In this document: piece after piece, positions 32,914 to 42,374 of the stretch
How the letters are laid out: the number at the start of each line of letters is the position of its first letter
Numbering within the stretch: position 1 is the stretch's first letter
From: Candidatus Dormiibacterota bacterium
Lineage (GTDB): Bacteria > Chloroflexota > Dormibacteria > Aeolococcales > Aeolococcaceae
Assembly: GCA_963789735.1 (NCBI GenBank)
Contig: CAWBLV010000006.1
Location: 810,846 to 874,845, forward strand
Direction of reading: 5' to 3'
DNA length: 64,000 bases
Program-made: the position numbers and the translations under genes
Notes under the pieces: model-generated
The model's input: only the letters and a program-made list of their open reading frames with translations
What the model was told of the DNA's origin: nothing
Database searches by the model: none

Positions 32914-33045
32914 GTTCGCGCGCGCAGCTCCTCCCCCGCTCGAGAGACGCCAGCCCCGCGTCCCTGACCAACGCCGGGGTTTGAACGCCTCTTCGGTCGC
33001 GGTACCCTAGGACCCGCACTCGACCCCGCTCCGAAGGAGACCACC

Positions 33046-33708
33046 GTGATTGTCCTGATCGTTGTCATCGTCATCATCGTGGTCATCGCGCTCGGCGTGG
33101 TGGCCTCGTACAACCGGTTCGTCTCTCAGCGCAATGCCGTGCAGAACGCGTGGTCGGACATCGACACCGAGCTGAAGCGGCGGTACGACCTCATCCCGAA
33201 CCTCGTGTCGACCGTCCAGGGCTACGCCGCCCACGAGCGCGGTGTCTTTGAGGAGGTCGCCCAGGCGCGATCGGTCGGCATCAACGCGCAGGGACCGGCC
33301 GCCGCCGCCGCTGCTGAGGGCCCGTTCCAGATGGCCCTCGGCCACCTCTTTGCCGTGGCGGAGAATTACCCCGACCTCAAGGCCAATCAGAACTTCCTGC
33401 AGCTGCAGGCGACCCTGTCCGACACCGAGGACCGCATCCAGGCGTCGCGCCAGATCTACAACGCCAACGTCCAGCAGTTCAACCGTCGCGTCCAGGCCTT
33501 CCCGTCGAACGTGATCGCCAACATGTTCCATTTCCAGAACGCCGAGTTCTTCCAGATCGACGCCGCCCAGCGCGCTGTCGTCGCCGAGGCGCCGAAGGTC
33601 GACTTCAGCGCCATCACGAACGCGACCTACGGACAGGCGCCCGGAGCAGCTCCGGCGCCGACGGTGCCCGGTCCCGGTACGCCACCGCCTCCAGTCTCAG
33701 GCGCCTGA
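33046..33708 (+). CDS. lemA: LemA family protein
   Basis: 220 aa; N-terminal TM helix plus LemA core (NRFVSQRNAVQNAWSDIDTELKRRYDLIPNLV); Pro-rich C-terminal tail. Confidence 0.8.
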   Translation: MIVLIVVIVIIVVIALGVVASYNRFVSQRNAVQNAWSDIDTELKRRYDLIPNLVSTVQGYAAHERGVFEEVAQARSVGINAQGPAAAAAAEGPFQMALGHLFAVAENYPDLKANQNFLQLQATLSDTEDRIQASRQIYNANVQQFNRRVQAFPSNVIANMFHFQNAEFFQIDAAQRAVVAEAPKVDFSAITNATYGQAPGAAPAPTVPGPGTPPPPVSGA

Positions 33709-33717
33709 GGCTCGCCG

Positions 33718-35455
33718 GTGCAGCCGGCGCCGCGCCGCTGGCGCCTGAGCGACGCCGAACCCCTGCCCGGGATGCACCCCGTCGTCGGGCAGGTCTTGGC
33801 CGCTCGCGGTTTTGATGCCGCAGGCGCCGCCTCGTTTCTTGACAGCAGTGGCGGTTACCACGATCCGTTCGGGCTTCCGGCGATGGAATCGGCTGTGGAT
33901 GCAATCCGGGCGACCATCGACGACGGCGGCACCATCGCGATTTATGGGGACTACGACGCGGACGGCGTTACCGCCTGCGCCATGTTGACGCGCTGCCTCC
34001 GAGCCGCAGGCGCGACGGTCATCCCATACATTCCCAACCGCATGACGGAGGGATACGGGCTCCACGCGGCCGCGCTCGCCGAGCTCGCCGAGCGTGGAGC
34101 GGCTTGCGTGATCACCGTGGATTGCGGCACGAGCAGTGTCGAAGCTGCGCGCAGCCGCCCCGCGAACATGCGCCTCGTCGTCACGGACCACCATCTCGCG
34201 CTCGCGCCCGGCGACTCCCCTCCCCAACTGGCGCCCGCCGACGCGCTCGTGAACCCGAAGCTTCCCGGTTCGACGTATGCGTTCGACGGGCTGGCAGGAG
34301 CCGGTGTCGCTTTCAAACTCGTGCAGGCGCTCGAGGCTCGCGGCATCGTGCCACCCGGCAGCGCCGACAATTCGCTCGGGCTGGCCGCCCTCGGGACGAT
34401 CGCCGACATGATGCCGCTCCGCGGGCGAGAACCGCGTGATCGTCCGGGACGGACTCCCACGCATGACCGAGCTCCCCGGTCTTCGTGCGCTCTGCGAGGT
34501 GGCGGGTATCTCGCCACCGCCGCGCGGGACGGATATCGCGTTTGCGGTGGGCCCCCGCATCAACGCGGCCGGCCGGATGGAGGACGCGCGACTGGCGCTC
34601 GAGCTCTGCCTCTCGGATGACCCGGAGGAATCGGAGCGACTCGCAGCACTGCTCGACGCCCAGAACCGCTTGCGCCAGCAGGCAGTCGCGCTGGCGCTCG
34701 CTCAAGCCGAAGAGCAGGTCGCCGCCATCGATGACGACGCTGCGGCGATCGTTCTCGGCGACCCGGGATGGCCGATGGGCATCGTCGGCCTGGTTGCCGG
34801 AAGGATCGCCGAACGCTACGCGCGACCGACGTTCATCGCCTGCCTCGACCCGAGCGAGGCGAAAGGCTCGGCGCGCTCCGCGGGTGGCGTCCACATCGTC
34901 AAAGCCCTGGATGGCGCAGCCTCCACGCTATTGCGCTACGGCGGACATGCCGCCGCTGCGGGATTCAGCCTCGACGCGACACGTTTTGACGAGTTTCGTG
35001 AGCGCATCACCGCATCAGTCGCCGAACAGAACGCAGGTCTCGAGCGCTCCCGCGACTTCGCGATCGATTGCGAGATCACCGGTATCGATGTCACGCCCGA
35101 GCTCTGCCAGGCACTCGACCAGCTCGAACCGAGTGGTCAGGGCAACCCCGCGCCGCTCCTGGCCGTGTGCGGAGCGAGAGTGCTCGGCACGTCCACCTTT
35201 GGATCGGAGCGGCAGCACATCCGGGTCGTGCTCGCAACCGGATCCGGCATCGTCGAGGCGATTGCCTTCAACAAGCCGAATCTCGCGGATCACCTTCCAC
35301 GCGGGAGGCTCGTGGACGCGTGTTTCGGTCTCGAGATCGACACGTTCCAGGGCTTCCAGCGGGTGCGCGCCCGGCTGCGCGATCTCCGCGCCGCGAGGGC
35401 TGTCGCACTGAGCGGCCAGCCGGTTGCCGCGGCAGCGAGTTCGCCGGCTGGTTAG
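33718..35455 (+). CDS. recJ: Single-stranded-DNA-specific exonuclease RecJ (DHH/DHHA1); frameshift near 34425-34431
   Basis: ORFs 33718..34620 and 34436..35455 are contiguous RecJ. DHH motif (AIYGDYDADGVT, VTDHH). Frames join ...ADMMPLRG|ENRVIVRDGL once one G is removed from the GGG at ~34421-34423. Confidence 0.85.
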
Positions 35456-36075
35456 ATCCGCCCGGTCAGCGTCGCGAGCCCATCGCCGTTGAGGTCGGAC
35501 AGGCCGGCCTTTCGCCCGGTGAGCGCGAGGATGATCGACGGCAGCGGTCCCGTCACCGCGGGCCCGGCGCCGCGGCTCCAATCGACGTCGGTTGCATTGA
35601 GCGTGAGCCCGGTGGAGCGTCGCTTCCCACCGAGCAGCAGGTTGCCCTTGATGACGAAGTCGCCCACGAGCATCAGCGCTTCTGGTTGGTACGTATGGGC
35701 AATCCCGAGCGGGCGTCGAATGTCCTGGGCATGGATCACGATCTCCGCCACCATGGCGTCGAGTGGACCAGGCGGCGCGGTGGTGCGATCGAGTTGCGCT
35801 TTGAATCTCGCCAGCGCGTCCGCGGGCGTTGCGCCCTGCTCGTCCTGCACGCCCTTGGTATTGAACGCGTTGAAGCGGAATCCGGTGCTGGCGAGCCTGC
35901 CGACGAATCGCCCAGGTGTCATCTTCGCGGTGGTGGTCATGTGCGCGAGCACGTCGCGCACCGTCCACCCGGCGCAGAGCGACGGCGTTGCCCACTGCGC
36001 GTCGGTGAGCGGCTCGAGATCCGCGATCAGCGCGACGCGCTCAGCCCGAATCAACGGCCACTGGCTTCCTGCCAC
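35452..36075 (-). CDS. Mycothiol-dependent maleylpyruvate isomerase N-terminal domain (MDMPI/DinB_2, TIGR03083) family protein
   Basis: 207 aa; DinB_2-type four-helix bundle signature (WTVRDVLAHMTTT). Confidence 0.65.
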   Translation of the reverse strand: MAGSQWPLIRAERVALIADLEPLTDAQWATPSLCAGWTVRDVLAHMTTTAKMTPGRFVGRLASTGFRFNAFNTKGVQDEQGATPADALARFKAQLDRTTAPPGPLDAMVAEIVIHAQDIRRPLGIAHTYQPEALMLVGDFVIKGNLLLGGKRRSTGLTLNATDVDWSRGAGPAVTGPLPSIILALTGRKAGLSDLNGDGLATLTGRI

Positions 36076-36203
36076 GTCGTTCCTCCATGCCTCTGCGCGC
36101 CTGCCGCCGTCGCTGGTAGCGACTGTACACCCGGTTACGACGCAACCCGCGCGGCGGCGCGTCCCTTACTGATCCACGACATGCACCCCTACCATCGGCT
36201 GCG

Positions 36204-36629
36204 ATGGCGATGGAAAGCGACACGCTCGATCGAGTCCGCACCCTCATTGAAGGTGCCGCGCCGGCAGTGCTGACGACCTATCGTCGCGATGGTAGTGCGC
36301 ACGTCAGCCCCGTCTGGTTTCGCTGGGACGGCGACGCGTTCGAGGTCGTTATCGCGAAAGGCGACGCGAAGCTTCGCCACCTCGCGCGCGACCCTCGGTG
36401 TGTGTTCGTCGTGTTCGAAGCGACTCCACCCTTTCGAGGCGTGGAACTCCGCGGTACCCCCGACGTGATCGACACCGAAGTGACCGCACTCCGCGCCGTC
36501 ATCGCCGGCAAATATCTTGGAACCGCTGCCGGCGAGCGCTTCGCTGCGGAACGGCGCTCGAAACCCGGCGTCATCGTGCGTCTGGGCGCCGGCGATGCTC
36601 GGGTCTGGGATCTGTCGGCGATTACCTGA
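36204..36629 (+). CDS. PPOX-class F420-dependent enzyme family protein
   Basis: 141 aa; pyridoxamine-5'-phosphate-oxidase-like split-barrel (AVLTTYRRDGSAHVSPVWF). Confidence 0.7.
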   Translation: MAMESDTLDRVRTLIEGAAPAVLTTYRRDGSAHVSPVWFRWDGDAFEVVIAKGDAKLRHLARDPRCVFVVFEATPPFRGVELRGTPDVIDTEVTALRAVIAGKYLGTAAGERFAAERRSKPGVIVRLGAGDARVWDLSAIT

Positions 36630-37306
36630 CGCGCGCAGGCGTCTCCGCGTCGCGCGCTTTGTGAGTCGTTTTCACAAGGAGATACACGCCGAGGACGACG
36701 ACCATCGCCAGCGAAGGGTAGACGGCGATGCGCTCGGCCGTTCCAATCGGGATGCCGCCGAGCGACTGGAAGAAGATGATCGCGCCCGACGATACCGATG
36801 ATCCCGGCGAGCAACGTGATGCTCCCGAGCCATGGATTGACGCGAAGCAGGGCCGCCCCCAGGATGATCATGGCGATGTTCACCGCGTCGATACCGACGG
36901 TCGCCGCATTGCCGTGCAGGCTCAGGTTGACGTTCTCGGGCGCGAGTTCCGCGAGCGCCAGGCCAACACCCCCGATAGCGAGAAGCGCCAAGCCGGGGTA
37001 CGCATGAGGAAGCGGCCAGGCCTTGCGCGTCGCGATCGCGCCGATCACCTGGAGCAGCCCGACCACCACGAATGTCCCGTCCATAACGCCATGCAGCGGC
37101 GAGCAGACGTCCGCGTGATAGCCGCCGTTGGTGAACGGTCCGCACACGGTGATCCCGAGGTCACTGATGAGGTTGCCGGTGATGCTGTACGGGAGCGTCG
37201 TCGCTGCCTGCACGATCGCCTGGTCGACGAAAAACGCGATCGCCAAGGTCCAGCATGCCGCTCCGAGAACGACTTGCTTGTCCGTCACCGCAGGAAACTG
37301 CTTCAC
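36622..37306 (-). CDS. DUF998-like polytopic membrane protein; frameshift near 36775-36790
   Basis: N-terminal ~190 aa of ORF 36278..37306 is a TM protein. A clean TM C-terminus (...SGAIIFFQSLGGIPIGTAERIAVYPSLAMVVVLGVYLLVK...*) lies in another frame ending at 36622. Removing one C from the CCC run at ~36784 (plus) joins them. Confidence 0.55.
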
Positions 37307-37324
37307 GCAACTGGATCCTAGGCC

Positions 37325-38095
37325 TCAGGTGGTCACCTCAGGCTTTGGGCCCGGTGGTTTACGTGAGACACGATCGAGTTCTGCGTTGATCACTCCGTAG
37401 CACTCGCAGGACACAGCCTCCAGGCCCAGACGATCGACGATCGTGACGTGTCCGCGGCTGTACCTGATCAGTCCTGCGCGTTGCAGGATGCCGGCCGACA
37501 CCGACACGGTCGACCGGCGCGCGCCCAGCATCTGCGCGAGGAATTCCTGGGTGATCATGAATTCGTCGGATTCGACGCGATCCCGGCTCATCAACAGCCA
37601 GCGACTGAGACGCTCCTCACTCGAATGGAGCCGATTGCACGCGGCGGCCTGCGCGATCTGTCCAAAGAGCGCCTGGGTATACCGGTCGATCAGCGTCTGA
37701 AACGCGCGGCTGCTTGTGACGAGCTCGGTGAAAATGGATGCCTCGAGCCGTAGCCCGTGGCCCGCAACCTGGGTGATGGCTCTCACCGCAAAACCGGTGA
37801 GGGGCTGGACGAGCGGAACTCCCACCACCCCTTCATTGCCGATGGTGGCGACCTCGACGACCGCGCCCGTGTGCACGGGAGTAACGAGTGAGATCACACC
37901 ATCTGTCGGGAAGTACACAGCGTCGACAACGCCGCCGGGTTCGAACAGCACCGTACGGACCTGCAGCGTGACCGTGGTCGTCGCGTCGAGCAGTTGCTGC
38001 CGTTCCGGGAGGGGCAGCGCGGCAACGATCCGGTTCTCTCGCGGCGGCCGACCGCCAGCGTTTTCGTCTTCAGTTGACTGGGTGATTCGATCCAT
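37325..38095 (-). CDS. Crp/Fnr-family transcriptional regulator
   Basis: cNMP-binding beta-barrel plus C-terminal HTH (RSTVSVSAGILQRAGLI). ORF-caller N-terminal extension is probably spurious; in-frame ATG at 38095 (MDRITQST...). Confidence 0.75.
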   Translation of the reverse strand: MDRITQSTEDENAGGRPPRENRIVAALPLPERQQLLDATTTVTLQVRTVLFEPGGVVDAVYFPTDGVISLVTPVHTGAVVEVATIGNEGVVGVPLVQPLTGFAVRAITQVAGHGLRLEASIFTELVTSSRAFQTLIDRYTQALFGQIAQAAACNRLHSSEERLSRWLLMSRDRVESDEFMITQEFLAQMLGARRSTVSVSAGILQRAGLIRYSRGHVTIVDRLGLEAVSCECYGVINAELDRVSRKPPGPKPEVTT

Positions 38096-38125
38096 CGGCT
38101 CTGGGCACCTGACTCCCGAGGCTCG

Positions 38126-38150
38126 TGTCAAATGAATGCGTCGTTTGACA
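38126..38150. promoter_or_regulatory. Perfect 7-bp inverted repeat TGTCAAA-N11-TTTGACA in divergent promoter region
   Basis: Between the crp/fnr start (38095) and the XRE-MEDS start (38208). Candidate operator, possibly autoregulatory for Crp/Fnr or for the XRE regulator. Confidence 0.3.
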
Positions 38151-38207
38151 TAGTGGACGATACAAAACTGCTCGTCGGTTATGAGGCCATGAGAGCGAGA
38201 ATGGACC

Positions 38208-38951
38208 ATGGCCGCTCGGCTCGCTCTGTCGTTGCAATCCGCTCGCGAGCGTCTTGGGTGGAGCCGCGAGACGCTTGCTGACCGGTCGGGTCTCAGTTGG
38301 GCGGCGATCGCACAGATCGAATCCGGCCGGCGCAGGGACGTGCGCGCGAGTACGCTGCTCGCGCTTTCGAGCGCGCTCGGAGTGAGCATCGACTATCTCC
38401 TCGGCGGTGCTATCACGGCACCCACCGGTCTTCTGAACCACCGCATGCTCACCTATGGATCTGACGACGAATACGTGACACCGCTCGTTGGTTTCATGGA
38501 GGAGGGATTCGCGCGCGACGACGCCGTCCTTGCGGTCACGACCAAGCGGCATGCGGGCCTGCTGCGAGACGCGCTCGGGATGAATGCGCGCCATGTCGAC
38601 TTCCAGGACGTGACGGCGTGGTATCGCCCGCTCTTGGGGGCCGCGAACGGATACCGCAACTACGTCAAGGAGCGCTACGAGGGCGGTGCTGCCTGGACTC
38701 GGATCGTTGGCGAGCCGTTGTGGACCGAACACTCCGATACCGAACTCGCGGAATGGTTTCGATATGAAGCCTTGATCAATCTGTCGTTCTCGTCGTCACC
38801 CGCAACCGTGATTTGCACGTATGACACGCGCGCCACGCCGGAGCGTGCGCTGGACGATGCGTTTCGTACACACCCTCAGGTTGGGGCCGGCCACGTCACC
38901 GCGAGCGCAACCTATCGCGAGCCCGAGGACTTCTTACTGAACCTCACCTGA
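38208..38951 (+). CDS. XRE-family HTH regulator with C-terminal MEDS-like sensory domain
   Basis: 247 aa; N-terminal Cro/C1 HTH (LGWSRETLADRSGLSWAAIAQIESGRR). C-terminal ~160 aa resembles the MEDS domain (HRMLTYGSDDEYVTPLVGFMEEGFARDDAVLAV...). Confidence 0.6.
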   Translation: MAARLALSLQSARERLGWSRETLADRSGLSWAAIAQIESGRRRDVRASTLLALSSALGVSIDYLLGGAITAPTGLLNHRMLTYGSDDEYVTPLVGFMEEGFARDDAVLAVTTKRHAGLLRDALGMNARHVDFQDVTAWYRPLLGAANGYRNYVKERYEGGAAWTRIVGEPLWTEHSDTELAEWFRYEALINLSFSSSPATVICTYDTRATPERALDDAFRTHPQVGAGHVTASATYREPEDFLLNLT

Positions 38952-39010
38952 GGCGGGCACCCTGAGGACCGTTCCTTAACACCCGCCGGACGCGCCAATC
39001 CGTCAGGATC

Positions 39011-39247
39011 GTGTGCACCTTGATCCTTTGCCCTGCGTGTGGGGCCGACAGGCTGGTCCCGTTGCACTTCCCGCAGTTCCAGCCGGAGGCCGGTCCTCGA
39101 GCCGCGTTCCGCCGCCCGATCGCCAAGTGCTGCGCGTGCGGTGAGCGCGTCTACGCTCACATTGTCGACGGTCCGCACCTGCTTCTCGCAGTCGAGCAGG
39201 AGCGACGCGGGCACGAGCCTTCTGAGGACGCGCAATCGAGCGGTTGA
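39011..39247 (+). CDS. Possible small Cys4 zinc-ribbon protein (speculative)
   Basis: 78-aa ORF with two CxxC(G) pairs (CPACG ... CCACG); GC3 ~80%. In the 390-bp gap upstream of cobB. Could be a spurious high-GC ORF. Confidence 0.15.
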   Translation: MCTLILCPACGADRLVPLHFPQFQPEAGPRAAFRRPIAKCCACGERVYAHIVDGPHLLLAVEQERRGHEPSEDAQSSG

Positions 39248-39344
39248 AACCGATCTCGTAACGGATCGAACCTGCCCGCCACCCTGCGACGGTCGTTACA
39301 GACTCCGCACTTGCCCCGCCTTGCACCCGGTGCTAGCGTCGAGC

Positions 39345-40901
39345 ATGCGAGCTCGGCGGTTGATGAGCTCGGTGAGAGTGATCAAGGCGCCCTCGACCTC
39401 GGAGGCGGAGCGCATCCGGAGGCACCTCATGCTCGAGGAGATCGGGATCCCTCGGCTCGTGGTCGGCGGCCTGGGTTCAGGTTCCGGGAAAACGTCGATC
39501 AGCCTGGGACTCACCGCCGCACTGCGCGCTCGCGGCCGCACCGTGCAGACGTTCAAGGTCGGCGCCGACTTCATCGACACCTCGTACCTCGCGCACGCCA
39601 GTCGCAGGCCGTGCCGCAACCTCGACTCGTGGCTGCTTGGCGCTGACGGCGTCCGGCGTTCGCTGGCCCACGGCGCCCTCGGCGCCGACCGCGTGATCGT
39701 TGAAGGCGCGATGGGCCTGCTCGACGGCCACGGCATGGTTCCCGACGCGCCAACTGCGGAGGAGCCGGACTTCCCGGGCAGCACCCTCGAAGTCGCGCGC
39801 ATCATCGCCGCCCCTGTGGTCCTGGTTATCGACGCATGGGCGATCGGCGAGACCGCAGCAGCTGCCGCGCTCGGCATCAGGCAACTCGACCGCTCGGGAA
39901 GCGTGGTGGGCGTGATCCTCAACAACGTCCCCAACGACTACCGGCGGCGCGTCATCGAGGATGCGGTCTGGTCGCTCGCGCGCATGCCCGTGCTCGGCGC
40001 ACTTCCCCACATGCAGTCGGTGCGCATCCCGGAGTTGCGCTCGGGACTGCTCCCGCTCCTGCAAAACCCGCACGTCGATGCGGCGATCGAAGAGCTTGGC
40101 CACGCCGTCGAACGCCACTGCGACCTTGACCTCATCGAGCGCCTCATGGAGGCGGCGCATCCGGTACACCCGCCGGCGCGTCGATATGCCCCGTCGCTCA
40201 AGCAGGAGGCGGTACGCATCGGCGTGGCGTTCGACGACGCATTCTGCTTCTACTACTCAGAAAACCTCGAGCTCCTCGAGGATGCGGGCGCCGAAATCGT
40301 CACCTTCTCCCCGCTCGAGGACACTGCTCTCCCGCGCGATCTCGGCCTCATCTATATCGGCGGCGGCATCTCGGAGGCATTCGTGCCGAAGCTCGCCGAC
40401 AACCAGCCGTTCCTCGAGTCACTGCGCCGAGCGCGCGCCCACCAGGTGCCCGTCTACGCAGAAGGATGCGGACTGCAGTACCTCGCTCGCTCGCTGCGGA
40501 CGAGCGATGGCGAGACTCACCAGATGGCCGGGCTGATCCCGATCGACATCGCGCTCGAGGCCGGCACACTGCACAGCGGATACCGCGATCTCAGCATCGC
40601 GACCGCGTCGATGCTGGGTCCAGCCGGGACCCGCCTCCGCGGCCACGAATTCCACTTCAGCCACCTCATGCCCGGCGGCGACTGCCTCAGTCCGGCTTAC
40701 ACGATGCATGACTGCGACGGCGAGCCCCTCGGCTGCGAAGGCTGGACCGACGCGCTGATGCTGGCCTCATTCATCCACCTCCACTTCGGCCAGGAGCAGG
40801 AGCTTGCCGGCCGCCTCGTCGCCGCGGCGCGGGAGTCGCTCGACCGCAGAGCGCAGGCGGCGCTGACGGGGCACGACAGCCGATCCGCCGTCCCGGTGTA
40901 G
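39345..40901 (+). CDS. cobB: Cobyrinate a,c-diamide synthase (CobB/CbiA)
   Basis: The ORF caller started at GTG 39039. In-frame ATGs at 39345/39363/39429 precede the P-loop (GGLGSGSGKTSISLGL). C-terminal glutamine amidotransferase domain. Confidence 0.85.
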   Translation: MRARRLMSSVRVIKAPSTSEAERIRRHLMLEEIGIPRLVVGGLGSGSGKTSISLGLTAALRARGRTVQTFKVGADFIDTSYLAHASRRPCRNLDSWLLGADGVRRSLAHGALGADRVIVEGAMGLLDGHGMVPDAPTAEEPDFPGSTLEVARIIAAPVVLVIDAWAIGETAAAAALGIRQLDRSGSVVGVILNNVPNDYRRRVIEDAVWSLARMPVLGALPHMQSVRIPELRSGLLPLLQNPHVDAAIEELGHAVERHCDLDLIERLMEAAHPVHPPARRYAPSLKQEAVRIGVAFDDAFCFYYSENLELLEDAGAEIVTFSPLEDTALPRDLGLIYIGGGISEAFVPKLADNQPFLESLRRARAHQVPVYAEGCGLQYLARSLRTSDGETHQMAGLIPIDIALEAGTLHSGYRDLSIATASMLGPAGTRLRGHEFHFSHLMPGGDCLSPAYTMHDCDGEPLGCEGWTDALMLASFIHLHFGQEQELAGRLVAAARESLDRRAQAALTGHDSRSAVPV

Positions 40902-40913
40902 GCTTGGGATGCG

Positions 40914-42314
40914 ATGTCCCAGGCCCCGTCCACGATCGGTGAGTTGCGTCGCGCGGAATACCGCGTCCTGCCCGTCAGGACCGAGCTTCGTCGCAATCTG
41001 ATCCGGAAGCTCAGCAACCACGAGGAGCTCTTCGCGGGCATCCGCGGCTACGACGACTCGGTCATCCCGCAGATCGAGAACGCGATCCTCGCCGGCCAGG
41101 ACATGGTGCTGCTTGGCGAGCGCGGCCAGGCGAAGTCGCGGCTCATCCGCGCCCTGGTGAGCCTCCTCGACGAGTCGGTCCCGGCGATCGCGGGATGCGA
41201 GATCAACGACGACCCGTACGAGCCAATCTGCCGTCGCTGCCGCGACCTGGTTGCCGAGCACGGCGACACCACCGAACTCGCGTGGTTGACCCCCGACCAG
41301 CGGTACTCGGAGAAGCTGGCTACCCCGGACACCTCGATCGCCGACCTCATCGGCGAAGTCGACCCCATCCGCGTTGCCGAGGGTCGCTACCTCAGCGACG
41401 AGCTCACCATCCACTACGGGCTCATTCCCCGCACCAACCGTGGCATCTTCGCCATCAACGAGCTTCCCGACCTCGCCGAGCGCATCCAGGTGGGATTGCT
41501 CAACATCATCGAAGAGCGCGACGTGCAGATTCGTGGCTACCGGTTGCGCCTGCCGCTCGATGTGTTCGTCGTCGCGACGGCAAACCCCGAGGACTACACC
41601 AATCGCGGCCGCATCATCACACCGCTCAAGGACCGCTTCGGCGCACAGGTCCGCACGCACTATCCCCGCACCATCGACGACGAGATCGCCATCGCCGAAC
41701 AGGAGCGCATGACGTTCGACGAGATGCCCGTGCCGGTCACCGTCCCGGCGTTCATGCAGGAGATCGTCGCCGAGCTTTCGCATGTGGCACGCCGCCATCC
41801 GCAGGTCAACCAGCGAAGCGGCGTCTCGGTCCGGTTGACCACCGCCAACTACGAGAACCTCGCGGCAGGAGCACTGCGCAGGGCGCTGCGCACCGGGGAG
41901 CGTGAGGCTGTGGCGCGCATCAGCGACCTGCCCGCGCTCACATCGTCCACCGCCGGCAAGATCGAGCTCGAGACCTGGGAAGACGGCGACGACGGCGCAG
42001 TGCTCGAGAAGTTGATGCGTACGGCGTGCAACAACGTCTTTCGCCGCCATTTCACGGTGCAGGAGTTCAGCGACCTGGTGCAGCGATTCGACCGCGGTGG
42101 CTTCACTGTGGAAGTGGGCGACCAGCACGCAGTTGCCGACTACGCGCAGGCGCTTAGCGAGCTTGGTGGCGTCGAACGCGCGCGCCAGCGACTTGGTGAG
42201 CCGGACACCGACGCGATGCGTGTTGCCGTGCTCGAGTTCGTGCTCGAGGGTCTCCATCTGGGCAAGCGCCTCAACAAGACCGCACTTGACGGAAGCGCGG
42301 TCTATGGGGGTTAG
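40914..42314 (+). CDS. ChlI/BchI-family AAA+ ATPase (Mg-chelatase subunit I-like; putative cobaltochelatase component)
   Basis: 466 aa; Walker A (LLGERGQAKS), sensor/arginine-finger region (VFVVATANPED...GRIITPLKDRFG) typical of BchI/ChlI; directly downstream of cobB. Confidence 0.75.
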   Translation: MSQAPSTIGELRRAEYRVLPVRTELRRNLIRKLSNHEELFAGIRGYDDSVIPQIENAILAGQDMVLLGERGQAKSRLIRALVSLLDESVPAIAGCEINDDPYEPICRRCRDLVAEHGDTTELAWLTPDQRYSEKLATPDTSIADLIGEVDPIRVAEGRYLSDELTIHYGLIPRTNRGIFAINELPDLAERIQVGLLNIIEERDVQIRGYRLRLPLDVFVVATANPEDYTNRGRIITPLKDRFGAQVRTHYPRTIDDEIAIAEQERMTFDEMPVPVTVPAFMQEIVAELSHVARRHPQVNQRSGVSVRLTTANYENLAAGALRRALRTGEREAVARISDLPALTSSTAGKIELETWEDGDDGAVLEKLMRTACNNVFRRHFTVQEFSDLVQRFDRGGFTVEVGDQHAVADYAQALSELGGVERARQRLGEPDTDAMRVAVLEFVLEGLHLGKRLNKTALDGSAVYGG

Positions 42315-42374
42315 CCACACGGGGGAATCCGCCGTTCGCCCCCTGGACTTTTACGACATAGCGGGACTCATCGC

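Noticed and set aside
38952-39344. Cobalamin riboswitch upstream of cobB
   Set aside because: The gene context would fit, but only fragments resemble the consensus: an ACCTGCC B12-box 3' half at ~39271, and GGTTGAAACC / GTAACGG elements. The conserved GGGAA, GGTGNNAATCC and GCCACTG blocks are absent. Treated as unconfirmed; needs a covariance-model scan.
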